This document shows positions 1-10,626 of a DNA stretch of 64,000 bases, in pieces. The stretch is from contig CACNUQ010000001.1 of assembly GCA_902623685.1 (NCBI GenBank), positions 51,667 through 115,666 on the forward strand, in the 5' to 3' direction. The notes beneath the pieces were generated by a model, which was given only the letters and a program-made list of their open reading frames with translations, searched no databases and was not told the DNA's origin. A program made the position numbers and the translations under genes. Numbering within the stretch: position 1 is the stretch's first letter; each line of letters begins with the position of its first letter. Source of the stretch: an uncultured SAR86 cluster bacterium (GTDB lineage: Bacteria; Pseudomonadota; Gammaproteobacteria; Magnimaribacterales; D2472).

Positions 1-359
1 TCACCGGCTTGAATTGAAAATGGATATTTATGCTTAGGCGCATGAAACAGTGTCTGTCCGGACAAACCAATTGCCAAAATTTGATTTTTATTTATTTTGT
101 TTTTTACAAGAAACCTATTTATAGATTTGCCAAATGCAATACCTATTTTTTTATCTAGTTCAATATATTTATTTAGGCTTAATTTCTGATGTTGGATTAC
201 ATTTGAAATATCTTTCCTTAAGCTATTAGGGTATTTGTAGGAACCAAAATTTAATAATTCTATTTGTTTATTGGTAATACTTACTGAACAAATATCAATT
301 CCATCGTGACTAGTACCACTCATTGTGCCAATAAAAATTTTACCGGAATAGCTTTTCAT
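1..359 (-). CDS. anmK: Anhydro-N-acetylmuramic acid kinase, 5' part (runs off the window edge)
   Basis: Not in the ORF track. Manual translation from ATG at 359: MKSYSGKIFIGTMSGTSHDG...ILAIGLSGQTLFHAP...FSIQAG, matching the AnmK GxMSGTSxDG and GQTxxH motifs. Usual neighbour of M23-tyrS. Confidence 0.92.
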   Translation of the reverse strand, partial: MKSYSGKIFIGTMSGTSHDGIDICSVSITNKQIELLNFGSYKYPNSLRKDISNVIQHQKLSLNKYIELDKKIGIAFGKSINRFLVKNKINKNQILAIGLSGQTLFHAPKHKYPFSIQAG

Positions 360-1596
360 TAGGATCTTTAGATAATAACTCATCTGATATTTGTATGTAA
401 TTATTTCTTTGTACTTTAAATAGATTCATTTCAGATTTATTGATTGGAGATGCTGAAGGCAATGCGACTTTTAAAGGATCAGTCCTTTTCTCTCCAATCC
501 TAAACTCATAATGCAAATGGGGAGCTGTAGCCAAACCTGAGTCACCAACATAACCTATAGTTTGTCCCTGAGAAACTTTAATTCCTCTAGAAATACTCGA
601 GTGATATTTGTCTAAGTGAGCATATAAAGTTGTTATTTCACCTCCATGCCGAATTACAATTGTTCTTCCATAACCACTTTTCCATCCAACCGACTGAATA
701 ACACCCTCGCCAGTTGCTCGAATGGGGGTACCTCTTTTAGCAGCATAATCAACACCATTATGAGCTCTTATAGTGTTTAAAATAGGATGTCTTCTGTTTG
801 GATTGAAATGGGAGCTGACATAGGCAAAATCAAGTGGAGCTCTTAAAAAAGCTTTTTCTAAACTCTTGCCGTCATCATTGAAATATTCCCATTTTTTGTT
901 CCTACCTTTGTATCTAATTGCTGTGTATCGATTATTCTGATTATAAAATTCAGCCATTAAAATGCTCCCATTTCTAATTTGCTGGCCATCAACAAAGGGT
1001 GTTTCATAAAGAATTTTAAATCTATCACCAGCCCTGATGTCAAAAACAAAATCAATATCCCAACCAAAAATATATGCTAGATCCATTATTACACTTTCCG
1101 GAATTTCGCTTTTCAATCCAGCTAAATAGAAAGATGAATCTATTAATCCAGTTTTAAAGGAGTTAATAAGCTCAGGCTTTTTCTCAATTTTTTTTATTGC
1201 AATTTCAGGAAAAAGATTAATTTCATATGAAAGAAGGGGCCCTTTGTTGATAATAATTTTACTTAACTCATCACCTGAAGATATAAACTCCAATCTGTCC
1301 TTAGGCCTTATACTTTTTACTTCACCAGTTTTATCTTCCCTAAAAATTTTATAAGTATCATTTAGTGAGACTTTATATTTTTCAAATATTAAAGATAAAT
1401 TTTCACCTTGTTCAACAATATGGATATCTCTTGATTGAATATTTTGATCATTTTGAATATTTATAGATAAGGATTCCGAAATTACTTCAGGAGCTAGCTC
1501 TTCTTGCTCAAGCCCAGCATCATAAATTAATAGTATTACAAAAACTGCAATGAAGACGAATGGCAATATTCTTATGTTGGGTTTATAAGTATTCAC
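340..1596 (-). CDS. M23 family murein DD-endopeptidase (MepM/OapA-like) with N-terminal TM helix and LysM-like segment
   Basis: HNGVDYAA and PHLHYE zinc motifs, YAHL. GTG start; the true start may be ATG 1675 across a homopolymer frameshift (see findings). Confidence 0.9.
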   Translation of the reverse strand: MNTYKPNIRILPFVFIAVFVILLIYDAGLEQEELAPEVISESLSINIQNDQNIQSRDIHIVEQGENLSLIFEKYKVSLNDTYKIFREDKTGEVKSIRPKDRLEFISSGDELSKIIINKGPLLSYEINLFPEIAIKKIEKKPELINSFKTGLIDSSFYLAGLKSEIPESVIMDLAYIFGWDIDFVFDIRAGDRFKILYETPFVDGQQIRNGSILMAEFYNQNNRYTAIRYKGRNKKWEYFNDDGKSLEKAFLRAPLDFAYVSSHFNPNRRHPILNTIRAHNGVDYAAKRGTPIRATGEGVIQSVGWKSGYGRTIVIRHGGEITTLYAHLDKYHSSISRGIKVSQGQTIGYVGDSGLATAPHLHYEFRIGEKRTDPLKVALPSASPINKSEMNLFKVQRNNYIQISDELLSKDPNEKLFR

Positions 1597-1721
1597 AGTT
1601 TTAAAAAATAATTTGACTCACTTTGGCAGGCGGACTGTGATCATTTTTATTGATTTTTCTATTGGCCAGCCTCATGATTTCATACATTTATTTGATTAAA
1701 TACTATAATAAATGATAACTA

Positions 1722-2909
1722 ATGAAAGAAGATCTAAATTTAATCAAACGAGGCATTGATGAGCTGATTGGCGAGGATGAGCTTCTGGCAAAACTCAAAT
1801 CCAAGAAGCAGCTTATTGTAAAAGCTGGTTTTGATCCTACTGCACCAGATTTGCATCTAGGCCATACAGTCTTGATCAATAAACTTAGGCATTTTCAACA
1901 ATTAGGACATCAAATAATATTTTTAATTGGTGATTTTACTGGAATGATCGGAGATCCTTCAGGAAAAAATAAAACTAGACCTCCATTAGATAAAACTGAT
2001 ATTGACGAGAATGCAAAATCTTATAAAACGCAAATTTTTAAAATTTTAGACTCTAAGTTAACAGATGTAAGGTTTAATTCAGAATGGAGCAAAAAACTCG
2101 GTGCTGAGGGAGTAATCAAACTTGCATCTCAATATAATTTAGCCAGAATGCTTGAGCGCGATGATTTTAATAAAAGGTATAAGTCTAATCAGAGCATTGC
2201 TTTGCATGAATTATTATATCCTCTGATTCAAGCTAATGATTCAATAACCTTGCATGCGGATGTAGAGCTCGGTGGTACCGATCAAAAGTTTAATCTTTTA
2301 GTAGGCAGGGATCTTCAAAGGGCATTTGGCCAAGAGCCTCAAGTTGTTATCACTGTTCCAATTCTAGAGGGTTTAGACGGAAAAAATAAAATGTCTAAAT
2401 CTTTAGATAATTATGTTGGAATCGATGAGTCTCCAAATGAAATGTTTGGAAAAATTATGTCTATATCAGATGAACTCATGTGGAGATGGTTTGATCTGTT
2501 GAGCTTTAAATCTTCTGACGAAATTAACGCCTTAAAATCTCAGCAAGATAATGGAAGGAATCCAAGAGATATAAAAATTGAATTAGCCAAAGAGCTAATT
2601 GCTCGCTTCCATGACGAAAAATCAGCAAATGATGCAGAATCAAACTTTATCGATCAATTCCAAAAAAAGAATATTCCAGATGATATTGAAGAAATATTGC
2701 ATAAAATTTCAGGTGAGTCTATTCCACTAGCTAATTTGTTAAAAGATTGCGGCATGACTTCAAGTACTTCTGAAGCAATGAGAATGATTCAGCAAGGAGC
2801 AGTAAGAATCGATGAGCAAAAAATAACTGATAAAACTCATCAAGTTTTTATTGGTACCTCAGCAGTTTATCAAGTGGGCAAAAGAAAATTTAAAAAAATT
2901 ATCCTTTGA
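1722..2909 (+). CDS. tyrS: Tyrosine--tRNA ligase
   Basis: [13 protein letters not shown] (HIGH), KMSKS, C-terminal S4 domain ending QVGKRKF. Confidence 0.98.
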   Translation: MKEDLNLIKRGIDELIGEDELLAKLKSKKQLIVKAGFDPTAPDLHLGHTVLINKLRHFQQLGHQIIFLIGDFTGMIGDPSGKNKTRPPLDKTDIDENAKSYKTQIFKILDSKLTDVRFNSEWSKKLGAEGVIKLASQYNLARMLERDDFNKRYKSNQSIALHELLYPLIQANDSITLHADVELGGTDQKFNLLVGRDLQRAFGQEPQVVITVPILEGLDGKNKMSKSLDNYVGIDESPNEMFGKIMSISDELMWRWFDLLSFKSSDEINALKSQQDNGRNPRDIKIELAKELIARFHDEKSANDAESNFIDQFQKKNIPDDIEEILHKISGESIPLANLLKDCGMTSSTSEAMRMIQQGAVRIDEQKITDKTHQVFIGTSAVYQVGKRKFKKIIL

Positions 2910-2944
2910 ATTTCATAATATAATTAATCCTAAATACACACATC

Positions 2945-3637
2945 ATGCAACAATTTTTATCTTCCATTAATTTTTGTCTAAGTAATATAGGTTATTTATT
3001 TATATTATGTGTGCCTGTAATTACTCTTGAGGTTGCATTAGCGAGTCTCATAGGTTCCATAGACATTCAAACAAGCTCTGATAGCGCAGCTCTTGAAGCA
3101 ATTGGTGAAATATCCTTTCAATTTTCTATTCTTTTGATTGCATCAATAATATTATCTGTTGCATTGAGTGGAGGTTGTATGGTGGCCTTTCGTTCATTAT
3201 CAAATGGAAATTCAATAACGCCATATCAAGCACTTTTTGCAGGCTTGAAAAAGTTTTTTCCTCTCTTGTGGGCAAATATCATGCATTCCATTGCATATGG
3301 ACTAGGCTTTCTAATGTTAATTTTGCCAGGTTTTTATTTATATGGTCGCTTGGGTTTATTCCCTTTATTTATTATGTTTGAAGAGAAGGGAGCCATGGAT
3401 TCTCTTGGCGAATCTTGGAATCTAACCGAAGAATTTGCAACTAAATTATTTCTCCTTACAACAACATTCATGAGCATCCAATTAATTTTTGGACTTTTAG
3501 GTGGAACTATTATTGCTGATGGAAGTTTATGGTTTTTGGTAATTACTACATTAATTAAATATGCAACTTTAATGCCTCTGTTTTATTTATTTTTTAGTCT
3601 GTACAAGTCTGTAAAGCAAAGCCAACAAACAGGATAG
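2945..3637 (+). CDS. Integral membrane protein, YciC/UPF0259-like
   Basis: About 6 hydrophobic helices; 'L.ILPG.Y' and 'SL.ESW.LT' patterns typical of this family. Confidence 0.55.
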   Translation: MQQFLSSINFCLSNIGYLFILCVPVITLEVALASLIGSIDIQTSSDSAALEAIGEISFQFSILLIASIILSVALSGGCMVAFRSLSNGNSITPYQALFAGLKKFFPLLWANIMHSIAYGLGFLMLILPGFYLYGRLGLFPLFIMFEEKGAMDSLGESWNLTEEFATKLFLLTTTFMSIQLIFGLLGGTIIADGSLWFLVITTLIKYATLMPLFYLFFSLYKSVKQSQQTG

Positions 3638-3646
3638 TTTATCAAG

Positions 3647-4057
3647 ATGAAAATTTTAGTCATGGGATTACCTGGAAGTGGCAAAACTTACCTAACTCAG
3701 AGATTAGTGCCTTTGCTTAACGCCGCCTGGTACAACGCTGATCAAGTAAGGAAGATGGCAAATGATTGGGATTTTTCTGATGCGGGAAGAGCACGGCAAT
3801 CTATGAGGATGAAAGCTTTTGCGGATTTTGAGAAGTCACATGGAAGGTATGTTGTGTGCGATTTTGTTTGCCCAACAAAAGAAACTCGGGAAAATTTCAG
3901 TGCCGATATTGTAATTTGGATGGACACAATTAAGGAAGGTAGATACGAGGACACTAATAAACTTTTTCAAGATCCTGAAAGAGTTGATTTTCATATAAAA
4001 GAGTGGAATGAACACAATCATGATGACATTGCCAAGGAGATATTGAAGAATGTTTGA
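3647..4057 (+). CDS. Short adenylyl-sulfate-kinase-like P-loop kinase
   Basis: Walker A GLPGSGKT, then NADQVR and DFSxxGR motifs like APS kinase, but only 136 aa. Confidence 0.75.
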   Translation: MKILVMGLPGSGKTYLTQRLVPLLNAAWYNADQVRKMANDWDFSDAGRARQSMRMKAFADFEKSHGRYVVCDFVCPTKETRENFSADIVIWMDTIKEGRYEDTNKLFQDPERVDFHIKEWNEHNHDDIAKEILKNV

Positions 4058-4442
4058 TTGGAAAAAGCCAACAGTTCAAATGCTTGGAAGATGGCAGCCT
4101 TGGCATGATGGCCATCAAGAATTATTTAAAAGATGCTTAGCTAAAACTGGTCAAGTAATCATTCAAGTTAGAGATGTGCAAGGAGCATCAGGGGGAGACG
4201 GGCAAGATGATAATCCTTTTAATTGGGAGGAAGTTTGCGCGAATATTGAGTCTGGTCTATTAAATGATGGTTTTAGAAGGGGCGTTGAGTATGAAATTAT
4301 GCTGGTACCAAATATTGTTAATATAACTTATGGGAGGGGAGTAGGCTATTCATTTGAGGAAGAGGTTTTTGATAGTTCTGTCACCGAAATCAGCGCAACC
4401 AAAATTCGTCGGAAACTTCGTGAAGAAGGTAAATTAGATTAA
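4050..4442 (+). CDS. HxGH nucleotidyltransferase (cytidylyltransferase/NadM-like)
   Basis: GRWQPWHDGH, NPF and ISATKIR motifs; overlaps the upstream kinase by 8 nt. Confidence 0.8.
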   Translation: MFDWKKPTVQMLGRWQPWHDGHQELFKRCLAKTGQVIIQVRDVQGASGGDGQDDNPFNWEEVCANIESGLLNDGFRRGVEYEIMLVPNIVNITYGRGVGYSFEEEVFDSSVTEISATKIRRKLREEGKLD

Positions 4443-4447
4443 CCTTT

Positions 4448-4465
4448 GACTTGGTTTCCCAAGTT
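4448..4465 (+). terminator. Possible short terminator hairpin between the kinase/transferase pair and tRNA-Ile
   Basis: GACTTGG-TTTC-CCAAGTT hairpin followed by a T-rich tract. Confidence 0.35.
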
Positions 4466-4501
4466 AATTGTTTAGTTTATAATCGCTTTTCCCAATTTAT
4501 T

Positions 4502-4579
<78 letters not shown>

Positions 4580-4654
4580 TATTTGTTAGCTAACAAACTC
4601 ATTTTTTTTGCTATATTATTTTTAACTTCTAATCTTTGAGGAAAAATTTTTTTA

Positions 4655-6217
4655 ATGAATAAGATCTTCTTTTATTTTTTTCTTTCGTTTGGCTTAAACA
4701 TTTTTGCGCATCCAGATTCTGTTTTAAAAAAGTATTCTGATGAATTAGCACATCTTCCATCTCCTCTTCCAGACAGAGTTGTTTTAACATGGAATGATGA
4801 TCCTGCCTCAACTCAGGCAGTAAACTGGAGAACAGATACATCTGTTTCAGAGGGCCTTGCTCAGATAGCAATAGCAAACTCAAATGGAAGGGCGCTTAAT
4901 CCAAAAGAATTCAAAGCAGAAACAACTTATTTTAAAAGCGACATCAATGAAGCTCATTATCATAGCGTCATCTTTAGGAACCTGAAGTCAGATACTCTTT
5001 ATGCATATCGAGTTGGAGACGGTGCAAATTGGACAGAGTATTATCATTTCAAAACTGCAAGCTCTAAAGAGAAACCTTTTAGCTTTATTTATTTCGGTGA
5101 TGCACAGAATGAGGTAAAGACTCATTGGTCAAGAGTATTCAGGGAGGCATTTAGAGACGCCCCAAGAGCTGCATTTACACTTCATGCAGGAGATCTTGTT
5201 GATGTCCATGATATGGACTCACAATGGGGAGAGTGGCATCAAGGGCCCGACTGGGTAAATGGAACTATTCCTGTTATTGCAACCCCAGGCAATCATGAAT
5301 ACCCCTCGGACTCACAAACTAAGAGAATATGGGTAACCAAAGAAGGCAAAACTATAAATATTGATATTAAATCTTACAAAAATGATATTCCAGGAATAAT
5401 GATATTGGATATTGAAGACTCTGAAGGAAATGCTGGAACAATAAAAATTAAAGATAATGGAAAAATAATAACTGTCGATAAGGGAACCGAATTAATAACA
5501 GGATTTTTAAATCAAGAACTGGTTGATAAATCTATTTTAGGTGGCAAAGCTCCACTATATGATCGCCAAAGAAACTCAAATATCATAGAAAAAGTAAGCA
5601 CCCATTGGAGACCGCAGTTCTCTTTTCCAATTCAAGATGTACCAGATGAAAGATTAAAGGAAACTTTATATTACCTAGACTATCAAGGAGTTCGTTTTAT
5701 ATCATTAGATTCTAATATTGCTCTTGATGATCAGGTGAGTTGGTTGAAAAGAACCCTTGAAAATAATCCAAATCGTTGGACGGTAATCACTTTTCATCAT
5801 CCATTCTATTCTCCAGCTTCTGACAGAGATAATAACGAAATGCGCCAATTATGGAAGCCAATATTAGATCAATTTAAGGTTGACTTAGTATTAAGTGGCC
5901 ATGATCACACTTATTCAAGGACTGGCCTAATTGAAACTAAGAATATTAAAAATATTCCAACAGGCTATCAACAAGCATATGATCCAAATATTGGAACAGT
6001 GCATGTAGTTTCTGTCAGTGGCCCAAAAATGTATGAAATTACAAAGGGAAGATATGCTAAAAAGCTTGGGGAGAATACTCAGCTCTATCAAATTATTGAT
6101 ATTAATGAGAATAACTTAAGATTTCGTGCCTATACTGCTACGGGAAAGCTATATGATGAGTTTTTGCTCAAAAAGCGCCCAGGAAAGCCAAATTTATTAA
6201 TAGAGCAAAGCCAGTAA
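4655..6217 (+). CDS. Secreted purple-acid-phosphatase-family metallophosphoesterase (FN3-like + calcineurin-like domain)
   Basis: Signal peptide; GDAQ, GDLV, GNHE, HHP and GHDH metal-binding motifs. Confidence 0.88.
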   Translation: MNKIFFYFFLSFGLNIFAHPDSVLKKYSDELAHLPSPLPDRVVLTWNDDPASTQAVNWRTDTSVSEGLAQIAIANSNGRALNPKEFKAETTYFKSDINEAHYHSVIFRNLKSDTLYAYRVGDGANWTEYYHFKTASSKEKPFSFIYFGDAQNEVKTHWSRVFREAFRDAPRAAFTLHAGDLVDVHDMDSQWGEWHQGPDWVNGTIPVIATPGNHEYPSDSQTKRIWVTKEGKTINIDIKSYKNDIPGIMILDIEDSEGNAGTIKIKDNGKIITVDKGTELITGFLNQELVDKSILGGKAPLYDRQRNSNIIEKVSTHWRPQFSFPIQDVPDERLKETLYYLDYQGVRFISLDSNIALDDQVSWLKRTLENNPNRWTVITFHHPFYSPASDRDNNEMRQLWKPILDQFKVDLVLSGHDHTYSRTGLIETKNIKNIPTGYQQAYDPNIGTVHVVSVSGPKMYEITKGRYAKKLGENTQLYQIIDINENNLRFRAYTATGKLYDEFLLKKRPGKPNLLIEQSQ

Positions 6218-6221
6218 AAAA

Positions 6222-8357
6222 TTAGTTAACTATTGTTAGTTCCTTAAGGATATTATCTGCACCTTCTACTTTTTCGAGAGTCCATAATAGATATCTTGAG
6301 TCAACAGAGATGCTCCTCGCTTGAGAAATATATTTATAATCCGCAATTATAGTTTCTAACATGCCATCAAAAGCTAAGCCCACTAAATCAAAATCTGAGT
6401 TAATGGTTGCTGATCCGGAGTTACCATTTGTAATATCTAGAGTAGATATAAAATTTACTGGCACCGAGTCGATAGGCTCAAAATAATAAGTTCCATAATC
6501 TTTTTCAAATATCTTATTTAATAATTTGTCACCAACATTGAATGGCTCTTCGCCAGAATGTTTTTCTGCTATGCCTTCAAGAGTTGTAAAAGGTTTGTAA
6601 TAAACTCCATCTCTAAGCTCAACCCCTGATACATTTCCATAAGTTACTCTTAAGGTTCCATTTGCATCTGCATAAATTTCTTTTTTATTTGATTGATAAT
6701 ATTGCCTTAAAAGGCTAATAAAATTTGATTTTAGAAGCTGCCTTCTTGCGCTTCTTTCATCATATTTTTTTTCATAAACCAAAGTTTCAGGATAAATACT
6801 TCTTACAAAACGAATTAAAGGATCGTTAGATGAATCTAATTCATCCAAGCTCATGTCTTTGAGCTTCATCATTGCATCAGCTGTTATGAATTCTGAGGAA
6901 TATAATTCGGAAACTTTTTTCTTTGTGAGCTCAAAATTTTCATCAAGCAACAAATTTTTACTATAGTCAGGTCTACGCAATTTAGCATCAAAATTACTGT
7001 AACTACTTAATCTGTCAAGAAAGATTGCCTTATCTACTCTGCTATCAAACGAATAATCCATTCGTTTAATTCCATTTCTTATTCTTTCCTGATCTCTTTC
7101 TTGATAACCCTGCTTTCTTTCTTGATCAGGTTTACCTTGCTCAACTGCGTTTCTATAGATTCTTTGTGCCATAGATATTAGGGTTGAGTTACCATAGTAT
7201 CTTCTTGCCAAGTTCTCATCTAACGATTCATCTATTAGGTCTAATAACTCCTCCAAAAGACTTAGTTCAGTTTTACTTCCATTTGAATTTGCAAATTTCA
7301 AAAATTGCTCCCAATTTTCTTTTTCTATTTCTAAAAGATTAAAGTTTTTTGCACCATTATTTTGGCCAGATATTTTTTTGTAGTAATTTTCAAATCCGCT
7401 TTTTCTTCCTCTGTATTTTAATTTTGATCCATCAGCTTCATTTGTATGATCATCAATTAATTTAATGCCCCGTTGTAGATACTTGATTGATTCTTCGAAT
7501 CCAGTGGTTAAATCCCAGTTTATTTCATTATAAGTAAGCAATCGATTGGTTCTACCTGGATAACCTAAAACCATTACAAAATCTCCGTCACTGACTCCCT
7601 TTGCAGATATTTTCAGAAAAGATTTTGATTTGTATGGAATATTTTCTTTATTGAATTCTTCAATGGATTCATCTTTGCCAACATAAGCCCTTAGCAAAGC
7701 AAAATCGCCGGTATGACGAGGATACATCCAATTATCTATCTCTCCTCCATACTCTCCAACATATGCTGGAGGAGCATAAACAAGTCGAACATCCTTGATT
7801 TTTAAAACTTTTTCTAACTTGTATGTCTCGCCGCTAAAAAAAGATCTAACCCTACATTCAATTTCTTCAGAGCTTTCACAATTTTTAATGATTCTTTTTT
7901 TATTTTCTTCAATCAACTCAGACCGTCTTAAACTTTCTGTTTGATCTGATATTCCCTTTAGCACATCATCTGTAATCTCTATACTTGAGGTAGTGATATA
8001 AACTCTTGAGCCAGGTGCAGATCTTTTTTCTGCATCTTTTGTTTTTGCAACAAAACCTGTTTCAAAAAGGTTTTCATTTTTTGAGCTATTAAATTGAAGG
8101 AAAGAGCTTTCAATGCAGTGATAATTGGTTGCAATTAGCCCATCAGGAGAAACAAATGCAGCAGAACAACCGCCTAAACTGACTATGGCATTCATTGGAT
8201 GAGAGAACAAATCAGTCAAACCAGATACATCTTTTGAAAATCCAGATTGCTTGAGTTCTTTTTGAAGTTTTGTGAGCTCATAGGGCTCCCACATACCTTC
8301 ATCAGAGGATAAATTAAAATTTATCAGTATTAAAAAATAGATAATAGATTTTTTCAT
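6222..8357 (-). CDS. S46 family dipeptidyl peptidase (DPP7/DPP11-like)
   Basis: Signal peptide, DEGMW, TNYHC, DNWMYPRHTGDF, catalytic GNSGS. Confidence 0.93.
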   Translation of the reverse strand: MKKSIIYFLILINFNLSSDEGMWEPYELTKLQKELKQSGFSKDVSGLTDLFSHPMNAIVSLGGCSAAFVSPDGLIATNYHCIESSFLQFNSSKNENLFETGFVAKTKDAEKRSAPGSRVYITTSSIEITDDVLKGISDQTESLRRSELIEENKKRIIKNCESSEEIECRVRSFFSGETYKLEKVLKIKDVRLVYAPPAYVGEYGGEIDNWMYPRHTGDFALLRAYVGKDESIEEFNKENIPYKSKSFLKISAKGVSDGDFVMVLGYPGRTNRLLTYNEINWDLTTGFEESIKYLQRGIKLIDDHTNEADGSKLKYRGRKSGFENYYKKISGQNNGAKNFNLLEIEKENWEQFLKFANSNGSKTELSLLEELLDLIDESLDENLARRYYGNSTLISMAQRIYRNAVEQGKPDQERKQGYQERDQERIRNGIKRMDYSFDSRVDKAIFLDRLSSYSNFDAKLRRPDYSKNLLLDENFELTKKKVSELYSSEFITADAMMKLKDMSLDELDSSNDPLIRFVRSIYPETLVYEKKYDERSARRQLLKSNFISLLRQYYQSNKKEIYADANGTLRVTYGNVSGVELRDGVYYKPFTTLEGIAEKHSGEEPFNVGDKLLNKIFEKDYGTYYFEPIDSVPVNFISTLDITNGNSGSATINSDFDLVGLAFDGMLETIIADYKYISQARSISVDSRYLLWTLEKVEGADNILKELTIVN

Positions 8358-8417
8358 AGTTATTAGGTACTAATTAATTGGTCGATAGATTAACATAGGC
8401 ATTGATGTTTTTTTAGA

Positions 8418-10535
8418 CTAGTTTTTTTGCGTAAAACTCAATGCGGTTCCATATATGTCGGCAATTTCATTTATTAATTTATTTCTAGGTATTCCTGCTC
8501 CATGACCAGATCTTGTTTCAACCCTTAACATGATTGCATTATCACAACTTTGAAGATTTTGAAGCCTAGCAGCAAATTTATATGAATGTGACGGCACAAC
8601 CCTATCATCTCTATCCGATGTCGTTATTAATGTAGGTGGATAGCACACACCTGCTTGAATATTATGGTATGGAGAATATGCATATAAATTTTTAAAATCA
8701 TCTAAATTTTCTGGTGACCCATAATCTGATTCCCAAGCCCAGCCAATGGTAAATTTATTGAAACGCAACATATCCATGACGCCAACTTGTGGAATTGCAA
8801 AACCAAATAAATCTGGGTTTTGCAACATTACAGCTCCGACAAGTAATCCTCCATTTGACCTTCCTTGAATAGAGGTAGATTTGGGTGAGCCAATTTTGTT
8901 GGTATGTAAAAATTTTGCTGCATACGCAAAATCGTCAAAAACATTCTGCTTATTCAGCAACATTCCTTGCTCATGCCAGCTCTTGCCGTATTCGGCTCCC
9001 CCTCTTAGGTTTGCCAATGCAAACACTCCGCCTTGATTCATCCAGGCAAGATATCTTTTTGAGAATCTTGGTAATATTGAAATGTTGAAACCACCATATC
9101 CATATAGCAAAACAGGGGTCTTTGAATCTATTTGCAAATCTTTCTTATGAGTTATGTGGAGAGGAATAAGAGTTCCATCCTTCGAAGGAAAAAACTCTAA
9201 TCTTGTCTCATAATTATTTGGATCAAAATTTGTGAGATTTTCTTCCCAAAAAAGTTCTGAACCACCAGTTAAAAGATTTAATTCATAAATTTGAGTTGGC
9301 TGTTTGAAATTTGTAAAGCTGTAAAAAATACTTTCATCTTCTTTTTTTCCAGCCAATCCAGATATCGTGCCTAAAGATTCTAATTCTAGAGAGCCCATTT
9401 CTTTGCCATCTTTTGAAAAATATTTAATATTAGAGAAAGTATTATTCAAATAATTTATGACAAAGATTTGGTTGATTAAATCTACACTCCTTATAGATGA
9501 AGCAGTTTCAGAAATTATTTCTTCGAAGCCTAAATTTAAATTATTAAAGTCCAAACGAACCACTTTTCTGTTTGGAGCCATGTGATCGGTTAAAAACCAT
9601 AAGTAGTTATCCTCAGAATCTATGAAGGTATAACTCGCAACAAATTCATCAACAATAGATATGAATCCTTCATCTTCGTATCGACTTATAGATATTAAGT
9701 TTCTATCATCAGTTCCTTTTTCTGTATATAGAATCTTATATTGACCATCATCTGAAACCGCAATGGAACTTGATAATAAAGGATCATTTTTATTCCAAAT
9801 TATAATTTGATCATTGATTTGATTGGTCCCAATTACGTGAAACATTAGTTTTGGACTACTATTTAAATCTAATAATTCCTCCCCGTCTGGCTTAAGATAT
9901 TTTCTGTAAAAAAACCCACTGGAATCAGGAGACCATTCAGCACCAGAAAATTTAGACCATTCAATCACATCATCAAGGATCTCTCCAGAAGTAATATTCA
10001 TAATTTTCCATGTTCTCCAGTCTGAACCCCCATCTGACTTTGCAAATGCAATCCATTCAGCATTTGGGCTGACGCTCACTGATGCTAAAGAAACAGTTCC
10101 ATCATTTGAAAAATTATTAGGATCAATAAGAATTCTTTCTGGGCAAGATTCACAGTCTTTTATCATTAATCTGTTTTGCTCTAGTTTCCCAGTATTAAAA
10201 TAATAAAAAATTTTGTCTTGTACTTTAAATGGGGTACTTACATATTCACTAGTCCAGATTAATTCAAGATCTTGTTTAATGCTTTTTTGAAATCTATTTT
10301 TTACAAATTTTTGTGAATAGTTATTTTGCAATCTGACCCATTCTTTCACTTCATCATTAGTAAAATCTTCAAGCCATCTGTATGGGTCGCTTATTTTTTG
10401 CCCATGATACTTATCAAAATGAATAATCTCCTTAGATGCAGGAATGCCTATGTCTTTTTTACTACAAGCAGCAATTAGGATTAGTCCAATAATGACGGGC
10501 AATAAACTATAAATCTTTTTATTAATGTTTTGCAT
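8418..10535 (-). CDS. Prolyl oligopeptidase (S9A), probable lipoprotein
   Basis: DPYRWLE, YGYGGF, GRSNGG nucleophile, DDRV, GHG; lipobox IAAC. Confidence 0.95.
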   Translation of the reverse strand: MQNINKKIYSLLPVIIGLILIAACSKKDIGIPASKEIIHFDKYHGQKISDPYRWLEDFTNDEVKEWVRLQNNYSQKFVKNRFQKSIKQDLELIWTSEYVSTPFKVQDKIFYYFNTGKLEQNRLMIKDCESCPERILIDPNNFSNDGTVSLASVSVSPNAEWIAFAKSDGGSDWRTWKIMNITSGEILDDVIEWSKFSGAEWSPDSSGFFYRKYLKPDGEELLDLNSSPKLMFHVIGTNQINDQIIIWNKNDPLLSSSIAVSDDGQYKILYTEKGTDDRNLISISRYEDEGFISIVDEFVASYTFIDSEDNYLWFLTDHMAPNRKVVRLDFNNLNLGFEEIISETASSIRSVDLINQIFVINYLNNTFSNIKYFSKDGKEMGSLELESLGTISGLAGKKEDESIFYSFTNFKQPTQIYELNLLTGGSELFWEENLTNFDPNNYETRLEFFPSKDGTLIPLHITHKKDLQIDSKTPVLLYGYGGFNISILPRFSKRYLAWMNQGGVFALANLRGGAEYGKSWHEQGMLLNKQNVFDDFAYAAKFLHTNKIGSPKSTSIQGRSNGGLLVGAVMLQNPDLFGFAIPQVGVMDMLRFNKFTIGWAWESDYGSPENLDDFKNLYAYSPYHNIQAGVCYPPTLITTSDRDDRVVPSHSYKFAARLQNLQSCDNAIMLRVETRSGHGAGIPRNKLINEIADIYGTALSFTQKN

Positions 10536-10626
10536 GGCTCTAGTATATAAGACTTAACATAATCTCTATAAATTTTTGAGGTAACTAAATTTTTACTTTT
10601 TATTATATTTATCGTATCTTGAGCCC

